DNA of 64,000 nt, taken from contig NC_058130.1 in NCBI RefSeq assembly GCF_016433145.1, positions 769,016,378-769,080,377 on the forward strand. The letters run 5' to 3'. The notes beneath the pieces were generated by a model. The model did not search any database. It saw only the letters and a program-made list of their open reading frames with translations, and was not told where the DNA came from. Shown here in pieces: positions 63,001 to 64,000 of this stretch. The stretch is from Gracilinanus agilis (taxonomy: Eukaryota). Position 1 is the stretch's first letter; every line of letters begins with the position of its first letter. A program made the translations under genes and the position numbers.

Positions 63001-63083
63001 CTCAGCTTGATAAGTTCCCCTTCTTGCCGAAGCAGCTTTATCAGGTCCACGTGGCAATTATAGTCAAAGGCATTGATGGAAAG
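37445..63083 (-). CDS. SART3: SART3 (U4/U6 recycling factor p110/Prp24-like), coding exons 2-19; 5' end outside window
   Basis: 18 exons total 2610 nt (869 aa + stop); all introns are GT-AG with matching phases. The product has HAT repeats, a basic NLS region, two RRMs and the C-terminal LSm-interaction motif PKMSNADFAKMLLKK. Exon numbering is assumed from the human 19-exon structure. Confidence 0.97.
38011..38198 (-). CDS. SART3: SART3 exon 18 (188 nt, RRM2 C-half)
   Basis: GLAYVEYENESQASQAVLKMDGMTVKQNVIKVAISNPP...VYG. Confidence 0.95.
38270..39330 (+). mobile_element. Old degraded L1 ORF2 fragment in SART3 intron 17
   Basis: Decayed marsupial L1 ORF2 motifs (KPKDPSY.GK, ASVSDKG, IPQSINSQR). 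Boundaries are approximate. Confidence 0.7.
40627..40779 (-). CDS. SART3: SART3 exon 17 (153 nt, RRM2 N-half)
   Basis: VFRYSTALEKHKLFISGLPFSCTKEELEDICKVHGNVKDLRLVTNRAGKPK. Confidence 0.95.
40988..41421 (-). CDS. SART3: SART3 exon 16 (434 nt, RRM1)
   Basis: QPCKRLR...ITVFVSNLPY...FRGYCYVEF...PMFVSPCVDKNKNPDFK (RNP2 and RNP1 present). Confidence 0.95.
41852..42020 (-). CDS. SART3: SART3 exon 15 (169 nt, NLS region)
   Basis: AAEKEAALAQQEEEKTEQRKRARAEKRASKKVKKTKAGDKRKADEDEEDQWGDEEE. Confidence 0.95.
42169..42245 (-). CDS. SART3: SART3 exon 14 (77 nt)
   Basis: TLEDWDTAVQKTENRLARVNEQRVK. Confidence 0.93.
43560..43750 (+). mobile_element. L1 extreme 3' end
   Basis: AATAATATGGAAATAGGTCTTGATACATGTAAAACCCAG...CATGAATCATGTAACCATGGGAAAAT. 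Confidence 0.75.
44539..44651 (-). CDS. SART3: SART3 exon 13 (113 nt)
   Basis: AHGDTQHCRKALHRAVQCTSDYPEHVCEVLLTLERIE. Confidence 0.95.
45036..45095. repeat. (GAT)20 microsatellite in SART3 intron 12
   Basis: 60 nt of uninterrupted GAT. Confidence 0.95.
45691..46031 (+). mobile_element. Solo ERV LTR inserted into a SINE in SART3 intron 12
   Basis: TG...CA termini, 4-bp TSD CTAG (45687-90 and 46032-35), AATAAA at 45981. It splits a SINE at CACTTCCTAG|CTATGTGACCC. Confidence 0.85.
46330..46840 (+). mobile_element. L2 3' fragment
   Basis: Pyrimidine-rich L2-type sequence ending in TTTGTATCC...CTTAGCACAGTGCCAGGCACA. Boundaries are approximate. Confidence 0.65.
47043..47152 (-). CDS. SART3: SART3 exon 12 (110 nt)
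   Basis: ARLCNNMQKARELWDSIMTKGNAKYANMWLEYYNLE. Confidence 0.95.
47557..47615 (-). CDS. SART3: SART3 exon 11 (59 nt)
   Basis: FSESGDPSCTIMQNWARVE. Confidence 0.93.
47711..47788 (-). CDS. SART3: SART3 exon 10 (78 nt)
   Basis: SSRELEELRAAFARALEYLEQEVEE. Confidence 0.95.
49248..49355 (-). CDS. SART3: SART3 exon 9 (108 nt)
   Basis: NFEKALNAGFIQATDYVEIWQAYLDYLRRRVDFKQ. Confidence 0.95.
50202..50340 (-). CDS. SART3: SART3 exon 8 (139 nt)
   Basis: DRQLKMKDLVLSAHDRAVRNCPWTVGLWNRYLLAMERHGVAHQIVS. Confidence 0.95.
50738..50893 (-). CDS. SART3: SART3 exon 7 (156 nt)
   Basis: LVAETPKLAEYQTYIEFELKAGDPARIQLIFERALAENCLVPDLWARYNQYL. Confidence 0.95.
52246..52370 (-). CDS. SART3: SART3 exon 6 (125 nt)
   Basis: MEATYAEYEEWSNDPIPESVTQNYKKALQQMEKYKPYEEAL. 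Confidence 0.95.
53386..53491 (-). CDS. SART3: SART3 exon 5 (106 nt; internal alternative acceptor would give 52 nt)
   Basis: PSPGRVPTCKQQQTLALQLERIHTLFRRQLGVPLL; upstream acceptor has a pyrimidine tract; donor G|GTGAG. Confidence 0.85.
54570..54754 (-). CDS. SART3: SART3 exon 4 (185 nt)
   Basis: PEIWLEYAQYSIGGIGQEGGIEKVRSIFERALTAVGLHVTKGAAMWEAYREFENAILKTVQ; donor CAG|GTGAG. Confidence 0.95.
54918..55103 (+). mobile_element. Young SINE1_Mdo-type SINE
   Basis: tRNA-like head, core, tail CCACCTATGAGACAATACACCGAAGTACAAGGGTTTAAAAA; intact TSD AAAACTGATTCTT (54905-17, repeated from 55104). Confidence 0.9.
56083..56462. mobile_element. Old hAT-like DNA transposon remnant with internal duplication
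   Basis: Degenerate TIRs CAATGATGGCAAAC / GTTCAACACCACTG; flanks TTATAGGA and TTACAAGA (6/8 match); two diverged internal copies of CATTGGGCTGCTG...GTGAAAAAAATGTC. Confidence 0.4.
56740..58463 (-). pseudogene. PUM3: Processed pseudogene of PUM3 (KIAA0020/Puf-A) in SART3 intron 3
   Basis: Intronless, with many stops and frameshifts. Collinear blocks resemble PUM3 from start (MEAEVK, ATG at 58463) to end: AAKKPK, QSRQLSDKSNYGIVLKAK, KLIQGKMRRMTFAYDST, YSRNVIKKFLMFGSKSQIAEII, VKQIVMPEIVRSLLNVVNNNYGRKILLYLLSP, TSKGISALLEKLKS* (TGA at 56740-42). UTR-like flanks extend to about 56600 and 58620. Confidence 0.9.
59175..59279 (-). CDS. SART3: SART3 exon 3 (105 nt)
   Basis: IWLDWLKDEIKIASDGSDREKVYELFERAVKDYI; CAG|...|GTAAG. 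Confidence 0.93.
59340..60000 (-). mobile_element. L2 fragment
   Basis: Antisense L2-type purine-rich sequence (GGAGTTCATGATCTAATGGGGG...GAAGGGTTTTGAATACCAAGC). Boundaries are approximate. Confidence 0.6.
60820..61430 (+). mobile_element. L1 3' fragment in SART3 intron 2 (antisense to SART3)
   Basis: GEWLNKLWYLLVMEYYCAQRN...LMQSERNRTRRTLYT plus 3' UTR and A-rich tail. Confidence 0.9.
62957..63083 (-). CDS. SART3: SART3 exon 2 (127 nt)
   Basis: LSINAFDYNCHVDLIKLLRQEGELIKLRRARQKMSELFPLTE; AG/GT flanks. Confidence 0.93.
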
Positions 63084-64000
63084 CTTTAACAGAAAGATAT
63101 TTTAAAAGTTAATTTAAATGCAATCTGGAAAAAAAAAAAGGTCAAAAAAATCAATTGATGGCTTTCACCACTATTTTTTAAAAAACTCATCTTTATGTCA
63201 TAAGCAACATAAATCAGATTTGCATAAACTAATTCAGATCCTAGAAAACAACGTCTATGAGCACAATGATGCAAAGGAAAACAACACTAAAAAGAGCCAC
63301 CCTCTGACCACTCTGGTGACCTTTCGTGACTCGAGGACTCAGTATAGAAGGAAACATCCACTGTCTACATGGGCAGGACACTGGGACTTTACTGAACTAT
63401 GTTATTTTATGAGGGACCTACTGGATAGGAGGCAAGCTAGAAAATAACAGTGAGGTGAAAAATAAAAATCATCACTTGAATATTTTAAAAGAAAAAAAAA
63501 TGAAGTCAGTCTACCATCTGTGAAACCCACTAAATATTAATCCAGAATTTTTCAACACTGTCCCTCAGGAAAAGGGAAAGGAAATAGTGAAAAGAACCTG
63601 GGAAGGAGCAGTTAGTAGCACAAGGATTAAGAGAAGCAGGGTTATAATTGGAAGGACAGCCTCAGATACTTCCTAGCTGTGTGATCCTGCACAAGTCATT
63701 TCATTCCATTTTCTAAGGCAGAAAGTAAGAGTGGAATGGCTGTGGACTGAAGTAGAGTGAGGAAGGGAGGGAAAGGGAGGGAAGGAGAGACAAAGAACCC
63801 AGGAAATATCTTGTATAAACATACAGTGTTCAAACCAGCTTCTGTTCCCCTTTACCTAAGACAGGCTAATCATGCAGACCTGTTAAGTTATCAAGAAACC
63901 AAGAAGGATGACTGCACCTTTCTCACAAGGATCAGGCCCAAGTCCAAGTTATCAAGGCCTCTATCATTGGCTGACCCATTTCAATTAATTTCCATCCACA

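Overview
This is marsupial genomic DNA, not prokaryotic. The young SINE1_Mdo-type and MAR1-type SINEs and marsupial L1 3' ends point to a didelphid opossum, most likely Monodelphis domestica. It contains two convergent protein-coding genes: FICD/HYPE (+ strand, 2 coding exons, 460 aa, intact FIC motif and inhibitory Glu) and SART3 (- strand, coding exons 2-19 with GT-AG sites and consistent phases; exon 1 lies beyond the window end). Also present: a degraded processed PUM3 (KIAA0020) pseudogene in SART3 intron 3; a CpG-island FICD promoter with a perfect ERSE (CCAAT-N9-CCACG); two uORFs at the FICD start; an orphan CpG-island promoter about 13.5 kb upstream; two hAT MITEs with perfect 8-bp TSDs and a CTCF core; solo LTRs; L1/L2/RTE fragments; dozens of MIR/MAR1/SINE1-type SINEs (only representatives listed); three unusual tandem arrays; and two assembly gaps. 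The most unexpected signal is a decayed segment at about 23.93-24.35 kb whose frameshift-corrected translation lines up by eye with the C-terminal core of a Mononegavirales (bornavirus-like) nucleoprotein, i.e. a candidate endogenous viral element that needs an HMM/tBLASTn test. No tRNA, rRNA, snoRNA or CRISPR array could be supported. All comparisons to human and viral proteins are from memory, not from database searches.
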